NCBI GenBank assembly: GCA_963820825.1
Contig: CAWGBN010000002.1
Coordinates: 1 to 64,000 of the forward strand
Direction: 5' to 3'
Origin: Vulcanimicrobiota bacterium
Lineage (GTDB): Bacteria; Vulcanimicrobiota; Vulcanimicrobiia; Vulcanimicrobiales; Vulcanimicrobiaceae
DNA: 64,000 nucleotides
The notes beneath the pieces are model-generated. The model was not told the DNA's origin. It was given only the letters and a program-made list of their open reading frames with translations, and ran no database searches. Below are positions 1 through 10,843 of this stretch, piece by piece; the stretch's first letter is position 1, and every line of letters starts with the position of its first letter. A program made the translations under genes and the position numbers.

Positions 1-1
1 C

Positions 2-1672
2 CTAGTTCGGACGGCCGACGGCCGAACGAGAGCACTGACGCGCGTCGGCGGCGACGTCATCGACGAAGCCTGGAGTCCCGACGGCCGGTGGCTCGCCTTC
101 GTGGCCGCCGACCCCGAGCCGAATGCGCCGTTCTTTTACGCCGGCGACAACGACTATACGGCGACGGCGCTGACGCCTGCCGATCATCTTTGGGTCGTCT
201 CCGCCGACGGCGGGCCGGCCCGGCGCCTGACGAGCGGATCGTGGACGATTGCGCCGACCGATCCCGGCGGCATCTTCTCGCCGCAGATCGCCTGGACTCA
301 CGACGGGCGGCAGATCGCCTACACCCGCATCGAGAATACGTTCTCCGGCGACAGCGAATACTCGACGCTCTGGCAGATCGACGTAGCGACGCGCTCAACG
401 CGCAAGCTCACCGATCGCACCGCCTTCGAGCTGAGCCCCGCCTATTCACCCGACGGACGCCATTTCGCATATTGGTATCCGCTCAACGGCGATTTCAACG
501 CGGAGAACACCCTGCGCATCAAGGACGGAGAGGCCGATCGTCAACTCGTTGCGGCGCTCGATCGCAACGTCGCCTCTTCGAACTGGCTCCCCGACTCGAA
601 GCATCTTCTGATCTGCGCGACCGACGGCACGGAGGACGTCTTCTGGCGGGCCGATCTCGCCGGCGCCTACGTCCGCATGCCGCTGGGAGCGATCCATCCG
701 GTCTGCGACCCCTATTCGAGCAGCACGTTCGACGCGGGCCTTGCCGGCGACGTTGCGCGAGACGGCTCGACCGCCTTCATCGCGACGACCGCTCGCAGCG
801 CTCGCGAGCTCTACTACCTGCCCGCCGGCTCGACGACGGCGCGTCAGATCACGCACTTCAACTCGTTTCTTTCGAAGATCGCGCTCGGCACGATGAGCGA
901 GCTCGATTGGACCGGGCCCGACGGTTTCGCCGAAAATGCCGTCGTCACGCGCCCGCCGCGCCAGCGCCCCGGCGTGAAGTATCCCGTCGTCCTGCTCATC
1001 CACGGCGGGCCGGGATTGTCGAGCACGCGCGACTTCGTCTTCGAAGAGTGGCCGCTCGCGCAGATGATCGCCTCGCGCGGCTACATCGTGCTGCAGCCCA
1101 ACTATCGCGGCAGCGACAACCTCGGCAACGCCTACATGACCGCGATCGTGCACAATACGGTGGTCGGACCGAGCGCCGATATTCTGGCCGGTCTCACCGC
1201 GCTCGAGCGTTCTCCCGACGTCGACGCCTCGCGCGTCGCCGTCTCCGGCTGGTCCTACGGCGGCGAACTCACCTCGTGGCTGATCGGCCACGACCATCGC
1301 TGGCGCGCTGCGGTCTCGGGCGCCGCCGTCAATAGCGAGTACGACGAGTACAATCTCTCGACCTCAAACGTCCAGGATCGCTATCCGCTCGGAGCAACCC
1401 CCTATAGCGATGACGGCGAGCGCATCTATCGCGACAACTCCCCGATCACGTACTACGCGCAGATCACGACGCCGACGCTGATCTGGGGCACGACGCTCGA
1501 TCCGGTCGTCCCGATCACGCAATCCTACGCACTCTACCACGCGCTCAAAGAGCATCACGTGTCGGTGCGGTTTGCCGTCTTTTCGGCTCCGACGCACGGC
1601 CCCGCCGACCCGCGGCAGCGGGCCGCGCTGACCCGCCTCTGGCTCGACTGGCTCGACGCGCACTTGCGCTGA
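2..1672 (+). CDS. S9 family (prolyl oligopeptidase/acylaminoacyl) peptidase, 5' end runs off the window
   Basis: PD40-like WSPDG repeats, IHGGP, GWSYGG nucleophile motif, late Asp (DPVV) and His (THG). The frame is open back to base 2. Confidence 0.9.
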   Translation, partial: LVRTADGRTRALTRVGGDVIDEAWSPDGRWLAFVAADPEPNAPFFYAGDNDYTATALTPADHLWVVSADGGPARRLTSGSWTIAPTDPGGIFSPQIAWTHDGRQIAYTRIENTFSGDSEYSTLWQIDVATRSTRKLTDRTAFELSPAYSPDGRHFAYWYPLNGDFNAENTLRIKDGEADRQLVAALDRNVASSNWLPDSKHLLICATDGTEDVFWRADLAGAYVRMPLGAIHPVCDPYSSSTFDAGLAGDVARDGSTAFIATTARSARELYYLPAGSTTARQITHFNSFLSKIALGTMSELDWTGPDGFAENAVVTRPPRQRPGVKYPVVLLIHGGPGLSSTRDFVFEEWPLAQMIASRGYIVLQPNYRGSDNLGNAYMTAIVHNTVVGPSADILAGLTALERSPDVDASRVAVSGWSYGGELTSWLIGHDHRWRAAVSGAAVNSEYDEYNLSTSNVQDRYPLGATPYSDDGERIYRDNSPITYYAQITTPTLIWGTTLDPVVPITQSYALYHALKEHHVSVRFAVFSAPTHGPADPRQRAALTRLWLDWLDAHLR

Positions 1673-1718
1673 AGGCCCGCGGCTCATCCAATTCCGCCGG
1701 ACGAGCGTTATAAGGGAC

Positions 1719-2357
1719 GTGAAACGTTCGAGCGCAATCGGTCTCTTCTTCTGCCTTCTGCTCGCCGCAGCCGCACCGGCGACGGCCGCCGCTCCGGCGG
1801 CCACACAGCGCGTCGTGCTTGCGGGCGGATGCTTCTGGGGAATGCAACTGGTCTTCGAATCGCTCAACGGGGTCGAGCGCGCCGTCGCCGGCTACGCCGG
1901 CGGCAATGCCGATACCGCGCAGTACGAAACGGTAAGCACCGGCACGACGGGCCACGCCGAGTCGGTCGAGATCATCTACGATCCGTCGCGAATCTCGTTT
2001 GCCCAGCTGCTCGATGTCTACTTCCGGGTCGCGCACGATCCGACGCAACTCGATCGCCAAGGTCCCGACTACGGTACGCAGTACCGCTCGGAGATCTTTT
2101 TCACCACGCAGCAGCAACGTACCGAAGCCCTCGCGATCGTCGCCCAGCTTCAGCGGCAACGCGTCTACTCGGCGAAGATCGTCACCATCATCGCACCGTT
2201 GCACAGCTTCTATCCCGCCGAATCATACCATCAGGATTACGCGATCCACAATCCCGACAATCCTTACATCGTCTTCAACGATCTGCCGAAGCTGCGCAAA
2301 CTCCGTCAAGCGTATCCGCAGCTCGTCAAACCCGACGCCCCATTTAAGAATCAGTAG
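1719..2357 (+). CDS. msrA: peptide-methionine (S)-S-oxide reductase with signal peptide
   Basis: GGCFWG, GHAESV, YRSEIF and AESYHQDY motifs. Confidence 0.95.
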   Translation: MKRSSAIGLFFCLLLAAAAPATAAAPAATQRVVLAGGCFWGMQLVFESLNGVERAVAGYAGGNADTAQYETVSTGTTGHAESVEIIYDPSRISFAQLLDVYFRVAHDPTQLDRQGPDYGTQYRSEIFFTTQQQRTEALAIVAQLQRQRVYSAKIVTIIAPLHSFYPAESYHQDYAIHNPDNPYIVFNDLPKLRKLRQAYPQLVKPDAPFKNQ

Positions 2358-2385
2358 AAAGATTTCATTTAGTTCAGCTCTAGAA

Positions 2386-2428
2386 GCCGAGTGGCCGAAG
2401 TTTGCCGTGGCAAATGAGGCCCGAGGCG
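2386..2428. repeat. intergenic imperfect palindrome (REP-like hairpin) between convergent genes
   Basis: GCC..GGCC..TTTGCC-GT-GGCAAA..GGCC..GGC nested stems. Confidence 0.4.
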
Positions 2429-2458
2429 ACAACGAGATGGACTTATAATGAAGGCTTT

Positions 2459-3358
2459 CTAAAGCGGCGCGTCGTTCACGTGGGCGGCATACGACCGCGG
2501 ATCGAAGTACCAGTCGGGTAGCGATGCCGGAAACGTGATATCGTTGAAGTCGTAGTCGACGGTCGCATCGCGCCCGAGGTAGTCGGAATCGGCCTGATAG
2601 GTCGGCGTGCCGTGAATGTGCGTGACGACCGGCATGTTGTTCATCCAGTCGAGCGTGACCGTAAAGAGCATCGGGTAGACGTGGTGGCCGCTATCCTCTT
2701 CGTAGAGTTTATCGGTCGCGACGACCTCTTTGAGCTCGAGGGTCTTGCGATCGACGAAGAGCTCGCGCAGCCGGTTGCGATCGGGGTCTCGGCGCGGCAG
2801 CAGACTGACGTGGATTTGGTCACCTTCGTCGGCGATGCGCGTGACGCGATAATCGAACTCGCCGAGCGCCGTTACGGTCGCGATGACCGGCGGAAGGCTC
2901 GCGGTCGGCTCGGGTGTCGGGACGAACTCGCGCGGATTGCTGTGCGGATGCGCGGGTGCAGGCTCGAAGAGATCTGCGGTCGGCGGCCCGGGATCCCACG
3001 GTTCGTTGAACGACGGCCGGAGAAACTCCAGCGTCCCGCGCGCGGAGCCGCGATAGACGCGACGCCCGAGAGCCGCGCGATCGTACGTTCGGCACCAGAT
3101 GTGATACGTGTAACTGTTCAGGAGATCGGCATAGCCGTCGTCGAGCGTCTGCTTGCGAACCAGCGTGTAGGTTACGTAGGGCGGCGGTGGACGATGCGAC
3201 CGAAACTGGCGCCGAATTTGATAGAGCAATAACTCCGGCGACGGCAGCGCGACCGGAGTCGCGAGACTCGACGGTCGTGGCGGTGGCGTCGCTACCGACG
3301 GCGCCGCCGCGATGCAAACGCCAAACGCCACGAACGCGGCAACGAGCGCGGATTTCAC
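2459..3358 (-). CDS. exported hypothetical protein
   Basis: signal peptide, Pro-rich linker, beta-rich body; coding-like composition. Confidence 0.75.
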   Translation of the reverse strand: MKSALVAAFVAFGVCIAAAPSVATPPPRPSSLATPVALPSPELLLYQIRRQFRSHRPPPPYVTYTLVRKQTLDDGYADLLNSYTYHIWCRTYDRAALGRRVYRGSARGTLEFLRPSFNEPWDPGPPTADLFEPAPAHPHSNPREFVPTPEPTASLPPVIATVTALGEFDYRVTRIADEGDQIHVSLLPRRDPDRNRLRELFVDRKTLELKEVVATDKLYEEDSGHHVYPMLFTVTLDWMNNMPVVTHIHGTPTYQADSDYLGRDATVDYDFNDITFPASLPDWYFDPRSYAAHVNDAPL

Positions 3359-3381
3359 GCTCGGCTCTTAGCGAGACCCAC

Positions 3382-4146
3382 TTACCGCGGCGCCATCCGA
3401 ATCGCGCCGTCGAGACGAATGACTTCGCCGTTGATCATTTGGTTCTCGGCGATATGACGCGCGAGCGCGGCATACTCGGCGGGCCTGCCCAGACGCGACG
3501 GGAACGGCACCTGTTTGCCGAGTGACTCGCGCGCCGCCTCGGGCAATCCGGCGAGCATCGGCGTATCGAATATTCCCGGTGCGATGCTGGCGACGCGGAT
3601 CTGGTGTTGCGCGAATTCGCGTGCGATCGGCAGCGTCATTCCGACGACGCCGCCCTTCGAGGCGGAATAGGCGGCTTGGCCGATCTGCCCGTCGTAGGCG
3701 GCAACCGAAGCGGTGCAGACGATGACGCCGCGATCCTCGCCCGGTTCGACCGCGCGCTCGATCATCTTCGCCGCGGCAAGGCGGATGACGTTGAACGTGC
3801 CGATCAGGTTCACCGCGATGACCTTGGTAAAGTTCTCGAGCGGCAGCGGGCCGTTACGTCCGATCACGCGTTCGGCAGTCGCAATGCCGGCGCAATTGAT
3901 CGCACCGTGGAGCGCGCCGAACTTCTCGGCGGCGAGATCGACCGCGCGTTGGACCTGCGCGCCGTCGGTAACGTCGGTCCGCGCGAAAACGACCGAATCG
4001 CCCAGCTCGCGCGCGAGCTCCGCGCCGCGTTCGCTGACGTCGCAGATCACGATGTTGGCACCGGCGCGCGAGAATTCCGTCGCGCAGGCCGCGCCGAGTC
4101 CGGAGCTGCCGCCGCTTACTAAAAAGGTTCGTCCGTCTAACTGCAT
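3382..4146 (-). CDS. SDR family 3-hydroxyacyl-CoA dehydrogenase (HSD17B10-like)
   Basis: [29 protein letters not shown]. Confidence 0.92.
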   Translation of the reverse strand: MQLDGRTFLVSGGSSGLGAACATEFSRAGANIVICDVSERGAELARELGDSVVFARTDVTDGAQVQRAVDLAAEKFGALHGAINCAGIATAERVIGRNGPLPLENFTKVIAVNLIGTFNVIRLAAAKMIERAVEPGEDRGVIVCTASVAAYDGQIGQAAYSASKGGVVGMTLPIAREFAQHQIRVASIAPGIFDTPMLAGLPEAARESLGKQVPFPSRLGRPAEYAALARHIAENQMINGEVIRLDGAIRMAPR

Positions 4147-4252
4147 AGCCGCCGTGGTACAGCTTTACGGGGCCGATATCCTGGAGACCGGCCGTCGTGC
4201 AAACCCGGGCAGCTACCGCGGGTAATAAGCTTCACAGAGAGGAGGTTGGCCG

Positions 4253-4756
4253 GTGGACGTTGCGGTCGGCGTGGCATTTTTGGTCGTTCGAGTGATTCTG
4301 GGAGTTGCTTTGATTGCCCATGGAACGCAGAAGCTCTTCGGGTGGTTCGGCGGAGGCGGAATCGCCGGAACGGGCGGCTTCTTTGAAGGCATTGGATTCC
4401 GCCCCGGCCGCCTCTTCGCGCTCATGGCCGGCCTTGGCGAAGCAGGCGGCGGCACGTTAACGCTGCTCGGTCTTGGCGGCGCGCTCGGGCCGGTACTCAT
4501 CGTGCTCGTCATGCTCGTCGCGATCGGTTCGGTCCACATCACCAAGGGATTCTTTGCTAGCGGCGGCGGCTACGAGCTTCCGTTGACGAACATCGCCGTC
4601 GCCTTGGCCATTGCATTCGGCGGCAGCGGAATCTATTCGCTCGATAACGCATTGAAACTGAACTTCCTCACCGACCCGCTGCAGATTTGGTACGCGCTCG
4701 CCGCCGCGGCGATCGTCGCTGCTCTCAACCTTTTTGCGAGGAGACCGGCTTCTTGA
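4253..4756 (+). CDS. DoxX family membrane protein
   Basis: HGTQKLFGWFGG and GGYEL motifs, four hydrophobic segments. Confidence 0.9.
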   Translation: MDVAVGVAFLVVRVILGVALIAHGTQKLFGWFGGGGIAGTGGFFEGIGFRPGRLFALMAGLGEAGGGTLTLLGLGGALGPVLIVLVMLVAIGSVHITKGFFASGGGYELPLTNIAVALAIAFGGSGIYSLDNALKLNFLTDPLQIWYALAAAAIVAALNLFARRPAS

Positions 4757-5589
4757 CGGTCGCATTCTATGGAGCCGGAATGCTCGGCTCGGCCATGATT
4801 CGTCATCTGCTGCAGCGCGGTGTCGAGGTCCGCGTCTGGAGCCGCACGCCGGAGAAAGCGCAAGCCCTCGAGACTTACGGCGCGCACGCATTCACCGACC
4901 TCGCCGAGACCGCGCGCGATGCCGAATTCGTCCATTGTTGTTTGAGCGACGATGCGAGCGTCGACGCGGTAATCGACGGTGCGCTCGAGGGAATCGCTGC
5001 ACAGAGCCCGATCGTCGATCACACCACCGTCCTTCCGCAACGCGTCGCCGAGCGAGCGCAGCGCCTCACGGAGGCGGGTTACACGTTTCTCCACGCACCG
5101 GTCTTCATGGGGCCGCCGATGGCGCTCGAGGCGAACGGCGTCATGCTCGTCTCGGGTGACCGGCCGCTCGTCGAGCACCTTCGCCGACAGCTCGAGCTGA
5201 TGTGCAGCGACCTTCGCTATTGCGGTCCGCGCCCCGAGGACGCGGCGGTCTTCAAGCTCATGGGCAATACGTTGATCTTAGCGGTGCTCGGTGGGCTCAA
5301 CGACATGTTCCGCATCGCCGAGCAGCAAGGCTTCACGCGCGAGCAGGCGTACGCGCTCTTCGACTTCTACGATCCCTCCGGTCAAGTCAAAGGACGCGGC
5401 AAGCGTATGGTCTTTGAGGACTACGAGCCGTCCTGGACGATCGACATGGCGCGCAAAGATGCGACGCTAATGCAGGGTGCCGCACATCACGAACGCCTGC
5501 CGGTCGTCGACGCGATGGAGGCACTGCTTCGGAACGTCTCCGATCGCGGGCTCGGTTCGTTCGATCTCGCCGCAGTCGCAGCGCGCTGA
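4753..5589 (+). CDS. NAD(P)-dependent oxidoreductase, 3-hydroxyisobutyrate dehydrogenase family
   Basis: VAFYGAGMLG Rossmann motif, HAPVFMGP, FKLMGN; TTG start overlaps the doxX stop. Confidence 0.85.
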   Translation: MTVAFYGAGMLGSAMIRHLLQRGVEVRVWSRTPEKAQALETYGAHAFTDLAETARDAEFVHCCLSDDASVDAVIDGALEGIAAQSPIVDHTTVLPQRVAERAQRLTEAGYTFLHAPVFMGPPMALEANGVMLVSGDRPLVEHLRRQLELMCSDLRYCGPRPEDAAVFKLMGNTLILAVLGGLNDMFRIAEQQGFTREQAYALFDFYDPSGQVKGRGKRMVFEDYEPSWTIDMARKDATLMQGAAHHERLPVVDAMEALLRNVSDRGLGSFDLAAVAAR

Positions 5590-5590
5590 A

Positions 5591-6076
5591 CTAATCGCGC
5601 GGCGGCGGCAATGGCAGCGCGGTCCGGCGCGGCATCGGCGAGCCGGTCCATAGCGGTCGCGGCGTCGGCGCTTCGAACGGCGTGAAGACGGCGCGCGGTG
5701 CGGCCGACGAGGCCGCGGGGTTGAACGGCGTCGGCGACGCGAGCGCGCCGCGCGCCGGGAGCGTTACGACGAGCCGGCGGCCGGCCGGATCGTAACGGAC
5801 CGATGCTCCGAGCGCGCGTAGCACCGGGCCGGCGGGGACGTACGCTGCGCCGAGCTCGCCGTCAGCGCTTGGGGCGAGACGCACCTGCGCGAGATGCCCG
5901 TCGCGCTCTACCACTAGGATCCCGCCCTCGAGCCAGAAGCGGTCGGCGATCCGCGTGATCAGCGGAGCGACCGGTGCAAAGATGCGCCCATCCGCCAGGT
6001 ACGCGCGCTGGTAGGCGGCGAGAGGACGGCCGTCGACGATGACGGCGACTGTGGTGGCCGGTGGGAATAGCGGCAC
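5591..6076 (-). CDS. hypothetical protein with copper amine oxidase N-terminal-like (stalk) domain
   Basis: GRIFAPV ... AYVPAGPVLRALGASVRYD pattern; start uncertain. Confidence 0.6.
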   Translation of the reverse strand: MPLFPPATTVAVIVDGRPLAAYQRAYLADGRIFAPVAPLITRIADRFWLEGGILVVERDGHLAQVRLAPSADGELGAAYVPAGPVLRALGASVRYDPAGRRLVVTLPARGALASPTPFNPAASSAAPRAVFTPFEAPTPRPLWTGSPMPRRTALPLPPPRD

Positions 6077-6098
6077 GTTGCACGATATACCGCCCGGG

Positions 6099-6926
6099 AT
6101 GCATCGACTCATCTCCGCCTTCCGCGAAGCGATCCTACGATTCGCCCGCGACGGGTGCGCGTTTCACGCACAGTCGGTGGCATTCAACGCGCTCTTCGCG
6201 CTATTTCCGCTGAGCGTTCTGGCGCTGAGCGCCATCACGCTGGTCTTTCCCGAATCACAACATCGCGCGCTGGCCTTCTTCGATACGCTCTCGCCGACCC
6301 TCCACGACTACCTCGTCGCCAATTTGGAGACGTACATTTACGGGCGCGGCATCTCGAGCCTCATCGCGTTGGCCATCTTACTCTGGTCGGGAAAGAATCT
6401 CTTCATGGGGCTCGCCTACGCGCTCGATCGAGCCCTCAACGTGCCGAAGGGACGGCCGCTGGTTCACAATCTCGCGCTTTCGTTCGTTATGCTGCCGGTA
6501 ACGGGCGTACTGCTGTTGATCGCTATCGCGCTTCCGATCATCTTATCGATCGCCTTCCAGGTAACCGGCCTCTACGACCCGCGGCGCGTCACGCATATTC
6601 TCGCATATCTCCTCTCGATCGCGCTGGTCTTCATCGTCGCGGTCGTGCTCTATCGGTGGCTGCCGAACCGTACGGTCTCCTGGACCTTTGCCCTGCGCGG
6701 CGCCGCGGTCGTCGCCATCGCATGGCCGGCCGTGCAGTATGCGTTCGCCGCCTACCTGACGCACGTGGACTTCGGTTACATCTACGGAGCGCTCTCGGCG
6801 CCGCTGGTCTTGCTGCTCTGGTTCTATTGCATCGGATCGATCTTTCTCTTCGGCGCGGAGTACAGTATCGCGTGGCAGACCGGACATCCGGCGCCGATGC
6901 GCGAAGAAGCGCCCGTTGATGCCTAA
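6099..6926 (+). CDS. YihY/virulence factor BrkB family membrane protein
   Basis: AFNALFALFP, LYRWLPN, YGALSAPLVLLLWFY...GAE motifs. Confidence 0.9.
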   Translation: MHRLISAFREAILRFARDGCAFHAQSVAFNALFALFPLSVLALSAITLVFPESQHRALAFFDTLSPTLHDYLVANLETYIYGRGISSLIALAILLWSGKNLFMGLAYALDRALNVPKGRPLVHNLALSFVMLPVTGVLLLIAIALPIILSIAFQVTGLYDPRRVTHILAYLLSIALVFIVAVVLYRWLPNRTVSWTFALRGAAVVAIAWPAVQYAFAAYLTHVDFGYIYGALSAPLVLLLWFYCIGSIFLFGAEYSIAWQTGHPAPMREEAPVDA

Positions 6927-7938
6927 GAACCTCTCACTGCGCGGCCTTTTCGGCCTGGCCGCTCTCGCTTGCGCGCTGCTCCTCTTCGCAACCGCCGCCA
7001 CGCCGCCGCCGGTGCCGACGCCGGGCCCGACCCCCGCCTCGGGAATCCAGCAGTTGCCGATCGTCGTCATCTACCCGTTCGACGTTCAGACCGGCGCCGA
7101 TCCGCGCATCGGCAGCGCGATCGCGCAGATTCTCGCCCAGGAGATGGTCGCCGCCGGCGGGATCAACGTTCCACCGGTGCCGCAAGGTATCAAGCGCGCC
7201 GATTTTCTCCAGAACGCGCAAACCGCGCATGCCGACTTCTACATCAGCGGCTACGTTACGCCGGTCGGCGACAGCGCCGCGGTGGTCGAACAGGTGGTGA
7301 GCGTCGAGAGCGGCGTGATCCTCTTCTCCCAGACGGCACAAGTCTCGAGCGTTGCCGACGTTGCCTCGCAATCGCTGCTCGCGCGCTCGCAGATCCTCAC
7401 GTTCCTTGGACGCGGCACGCAATCGGTCGAGACTCAGCCGTCGAATACGCCGGCCCCGACGTCAACCAACGGTGCCCAGGTTCCGATTCGCGGTCTCAGC
7501 AGCATCGTCAATGCGGTCTTCAAGCATAAGGGTCCGACCCATACGCCGGCGCCAGGACCCGTCGTCAAGCCGTCGCGCGGCGTCATCGTGGCACCGGTCA
7601 CCGCGTCGGCACCCGTCGTTGCCGGAGATCTCACCAACGCCGAGCGCGAGCTCTACTTCGCGCTCAGCGGGCATTTCAACGTGCAGATGACGGCGGTCGA
7701 ATCGAGCGTGCCGCAATCGGCCGATTCTATCTGCGGCGCCAACCGGAATAACACCATCGCGACCGGCACGCTTCAAGAGGCTGCCGCCCACCACGGCAAA
7801 GAGTACACTTTCGATCTCGTGATCTACACCTGCTTCGGTGCGCCGCTCGATCGCCAAACCGGCAAAGGGTCGTCGATCAAAACTGCCGTCGACGCCGCCG
7901 CGGCGGCGTACGTTCTCGCCCACCCCGATAATAGCTAG
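6919..7938 (+). CDS. exported hypothetical protein, possibly two CsgG/TolB-N-like alpha/beta domains
   Basis: signal peptide; VVIYPF...ADFYISGYV pattern repeated more loosely in the second half. Confidence 0.6.
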   Translation: MPKNLSLRGLFGLAALACALLLFATAATPPPVPTPGPTPASGIQQLPIVVIYPFDVQTGADPRIGSAIAQILAQEMVAAGGINVPPVPQGIKRADFLQNAQTAHADFYISGYVTPVGDSAAVVEQVVSVESGVILFSQTAQVSSVADVASQSLLARSQILTFLGRGTQSVETQPSNTPAPTSTNGAQVPIRGLSSIVNAVFKHKGPTHTPAPGPVVKPSRGVIVAPVTASAPVVAGDLTNAERELYFALSGHFNVQMTAVESSVPQSADSICGANRNNTIATGTLQEAAAHHGKEYTFDLVIYTCFGAPLDRQTGKGSSIKTAVDAAAAAYVLAHPDNS

Positions 7939-8456
7939 GCGTCGGAAGAACTGCGCGGTTCGAGGAGATCCGCGGGCGGGTCGATGACGATCCGTCGCGC
8001 GGGCAGATCGATCTCGGAGACGATCGCACGCACCATCGGTACCATCGAGGCGCCTACGACGAGCATGTCGCTCGCCGGAAAATGTTCGACGCCGTCGACC
8101 GTTCCATACGACGTGCCGTCGCATCCTACGACCGCACAACCGACGAGGTCGTCGTCGAGATACTCACCCTCGGCGAGGCGAACGTTCGCGCGCGGCGCGT
8201 AGAGCACGGCGCCGGAGAGCGCCGCCGCCGCGCCGGCGTCATCGATTCCATCGATGCGAACGAGCAGCCGGCCTTTATGGGGTCGTACCGTCTCGATGCG
8301 CACCGTTCGTTCGTCGTCACCGGTCACGCATCTCAGCGCCGCACCGGTTAAAATAAGGGTGCGACCCGCACTGGTCGGGTCGCACTTCAACTCTCCGCGA
8401 ACGCCGAACGCGCCGGCAATACGTCCTACGACGACGGTTTCATTCGGCGTCTTCAC
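7935..8456 (-). CDS. rimM: ribosome maturation factor RimM
   Basis: VGRIAGAFGVRGELK, EGEY..DLVG, MVPMV; context after rpsP-khpA. Confidence 0.93.
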   Translation of the reverse strand: MKTPNETVVVGRIAGAFGVRGELKCDPTSAGRTLILTGAALRCVTGDDERTVRIETVRPHKGRLLVRIDGIDDAGAAAALSGAVLYAPRANVRLAEGEYLDDDLVGCAVVGCDGTSYGTVDGVEHFPASDMLVVGASMVPMVRAIVSEIDLPARRIVIDPPADLLEPRSSSDA

Positions 8457-8937
8457 CCTGTGCCGCTTCTTCGCTATCGAGAATGTCGACGGCAACGCGC
8501 CCTTCGGCCGTCGCGCGCACGACCGTGCGCAGCGCCTGCGCGACGCGTCCGCTGCGCCCGATCACTTTCCCCAAATCTTCGGGATCGACGATCAGCTCGA
8601 TCACCGGCTGAGCCTGCTCGTCGACGAAGAGCTCGACGCTGACGGACTCCGGCTTCTGCACGAGCTTACGCGCCAGGAAATCGAGCAGTTCGGTCGCGCG
8701 GCGATGTCCGGCCCAGGGATCGTCTCCCGCGCTAGAGCGTCGTTCGCGCCGCGGGGCCGGTCGCGGCGGCCGCGGAGCAGACTCCGTGCGCGGCGTGGGC
8801 TCTTTGCGCGCTGTGGGCTCCTTGCGCGGTGCGGACTCCTTGCGCGGCACCGACTCCTTGCGCGCCGTCGCTTTGCGCTCGGGCTCGTCGACGACCGTTT
8901 CGCTAAAGAGACCGAACTCGTCGTCGAACGAGCTCAC
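8440..8937 (-). CDS. khpA: KH-domain RNA-binding protein (KhpA/YlqC) with N-terminal extension
   Basis: [20 protein letters not shown] motif; rpsP-khpA-rimM synteny; GTG start at 8937 inferred. Confidence 0.85.
   Translation of the reverse strand: MSSFDDEFGLFSETVVDEPERKATARKESVPRKESAPRKEPTARKEPTPRTESAPRPPRPAPRRERRSSAGDDPWAGHRRATELLDFLARKLVQKPESVSVELFVDEQAQPVIELIVDPEDLGKVIGRSGRVAQALRTVVRATAEGRVAVDILDSEEAAQGEDAE
8771..8878 (-). repeat. 18-bp coding tandem repeat, about six RKE(S/P)xx units, in the KhpA N-terminus
   Basis: [35 protein letters not shown]. Confidence 0.8.
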
Positions 8938-9232
8938 GAGGCGCCCCCTCAGCGCTCTTCGGCGCACGCTTCGTCGTCGGGATCGGTCCGCGTTCCACGA
9001 GTCCCTGCTCGGCGAGAGGCGACGGACCGGATCGGACGGCTGCGCGCCCTTGGCAAGCCACTGGCGTCGCCTTCTCGTCGTCGACGACGACGGTTTTCGG
9101 CTCGGTGCGGGGATTGTAATGTCCCAGGATCTCGATGAATCGTCCGTCGCGCGGCGCGCGCGCGTCGGCAACGACGAAACGATAGGTGGGTTGTTTCTTC
9201 GCGCCCATCCGGCGCAACCTGATTCGTACCGT
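8934..9232 (-). CDS. rpsP: 30S ribosomal protein S16 (indels and ACG start, probably sequence errors)
   Basis: [40 protein letters not shown], then [10 protein letters not shown] in another frame. Confidence 0.9.
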
Positions 9233-9244
9233 ATACTTTCCTCG

Positions 9245-10554
9245 TTATAAACTCCGCCTGCTTCGGCTCAGCTGTTTGGTCATTTGGCGCGCCTGATCGA
9301 ACTGCTTCACGAGCCGGTTGACGTCGGATACCTGCGTGCCGCGAGCCGAGCGCAATTCGCTTGCGGCGCGACCGTTCAGGATCTCAGGGTTGCGTCGCTC
9401 GCGCGCGTCATCGAGCAGATGATCGCTTCGACTTTCGGCGAACGTCGCGCTCGTCGATTTCGAAGTTTTTCGGCAAGCGCCTTCGACAGACCCGGAATCA
9501 TCTTCATGATATCGTTCATCGAGCCCATTTTGCGCACTTGCCGCAACTGCGCGAGAAAATCGTCGAGCGTAAAGGTCTGTTTGCGGAGCTTCTGCTCGAG
9601 CTTCTTCGCCTGCTCCTCGGAGTAGACGTTCTGCGTCTTCTCGATGAGCGTGAGCACGTCGCCCATCCCGAGAATGCGCGATGCGATGCGGTCGGGGTGG
9701 AAGGCTTCGAGCGCGCTGACCTTCTCGCCGACGCCGACGAACTTGATCGGCGCACCCGTGACGCTGAAGATCGAGAGGGCTGCGCCGCCGCGAGCGTCGC
9801 CGTCCATCTTGGTGAGGATGACGCCGGTGATGCCGAGCCGGTCGTCGAAATCCCTTGGCGACGCTCGTCGCTTCTTGACCGGTCATCGCGTCGGCGACGA
9901 AGAGGATTTCTTTGGGCGGCGTGCGCGGCTCTTGATGCGCTCGAGTTCGTCCATGAGCGCGTCGTCGATCTGCAGGCGGCCCGCCGTGTCGAGGATGACC
10001 GTCGAGAGCCCGAGCCGCCGAGCCTCGGCGACGCCGCGCTCCGCGATGCCGACGGGATCGCCGGAGCGTCTCCGAATAGACGGACACGTCCGTCTGCTTG
10101 CCGAGCGTCTTTAGCTGCTCGATCGCGGCCGGACGATTGCACGTCCGCGGCAATCAGCAGCGAGCGCCGGCCTTGCTCCTTGAGACGCAGCGCGAGCTTC
10201 GCCGGCGTGCGTCGTCTTTCCGGAACCCTGCAAACCGACGAGCATGATCACCGACGGTGGCGCGTCCGAGAACTGCAGGCGGGCAGCGGCGCCGCCGAGC
10301 AGCGAGACGAGCTCGTCGTGGACGATCTTGATGACCGACTGTGCCGGGGTGAGCGACGCCATGACGTCGGCGCCGACGGCTCGCTCTTTGATCCGTGCGA
10401 CGAACTCTTTGGCGACGCCGAGGTTGACGTCGGCCTCGAGCAGGGCGACGCGAACCTCACGCGCGACGTCGTTGACGTCCGCTTCGGTGAGCCGCCCGCG
10501 ACTGCCCAGGCGCGCAAAAATGGCGCCGAGGCGTTCGCTCAGAGCTTCGAGCAA
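9245..10554 (-). CDS. ffh: signal recognition particle protein Ffh (several apparent frameshifts)
   Basis: [51 protein letters not shown] spread over different frames. Confidence 0.92.
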
Positions 10555-10557
10555 AGG

Positions 10558-10815
10558 CTAACCCGCCGGCTTCGGAGCGGTCGATTCGATCCTGGCGACG
10601 GCATCGCCGACGGTCTTGATCTTCTCCGCTTCTTCATCGGGAATATCGATGTTGAACTCGGTCTCGAACGCCATGACCAGTTCGACCTGGTCCAAGGAGT
10701 CCGCGCCGAGGTCTTCGGTGATCGACGCCTCAGGCGTCACTTCCGATTCGTCGACGCCGAGCTGCTCGACGATGATCTTCTTGACCTTATCGAAGGTGGT
10801 TGAATCAGTTGACAT
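10558..10815 (-). CDS. acpP: acyl carrier protein
   Basis: [17 protein letters not shown]. Confidence 0.97.
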   Translation of the reverse strand: MSTDSTTFDKVKKIIVEQLGVDESEVTPEASITEDLGADSLDQVELVMAFETEFNIDIPDEEAEKIKTVGDAVARIESTAPKPAG

Positions 10816-10843
10816 CAGTCTCCCTACGCGCTCGTGCGCCCTT

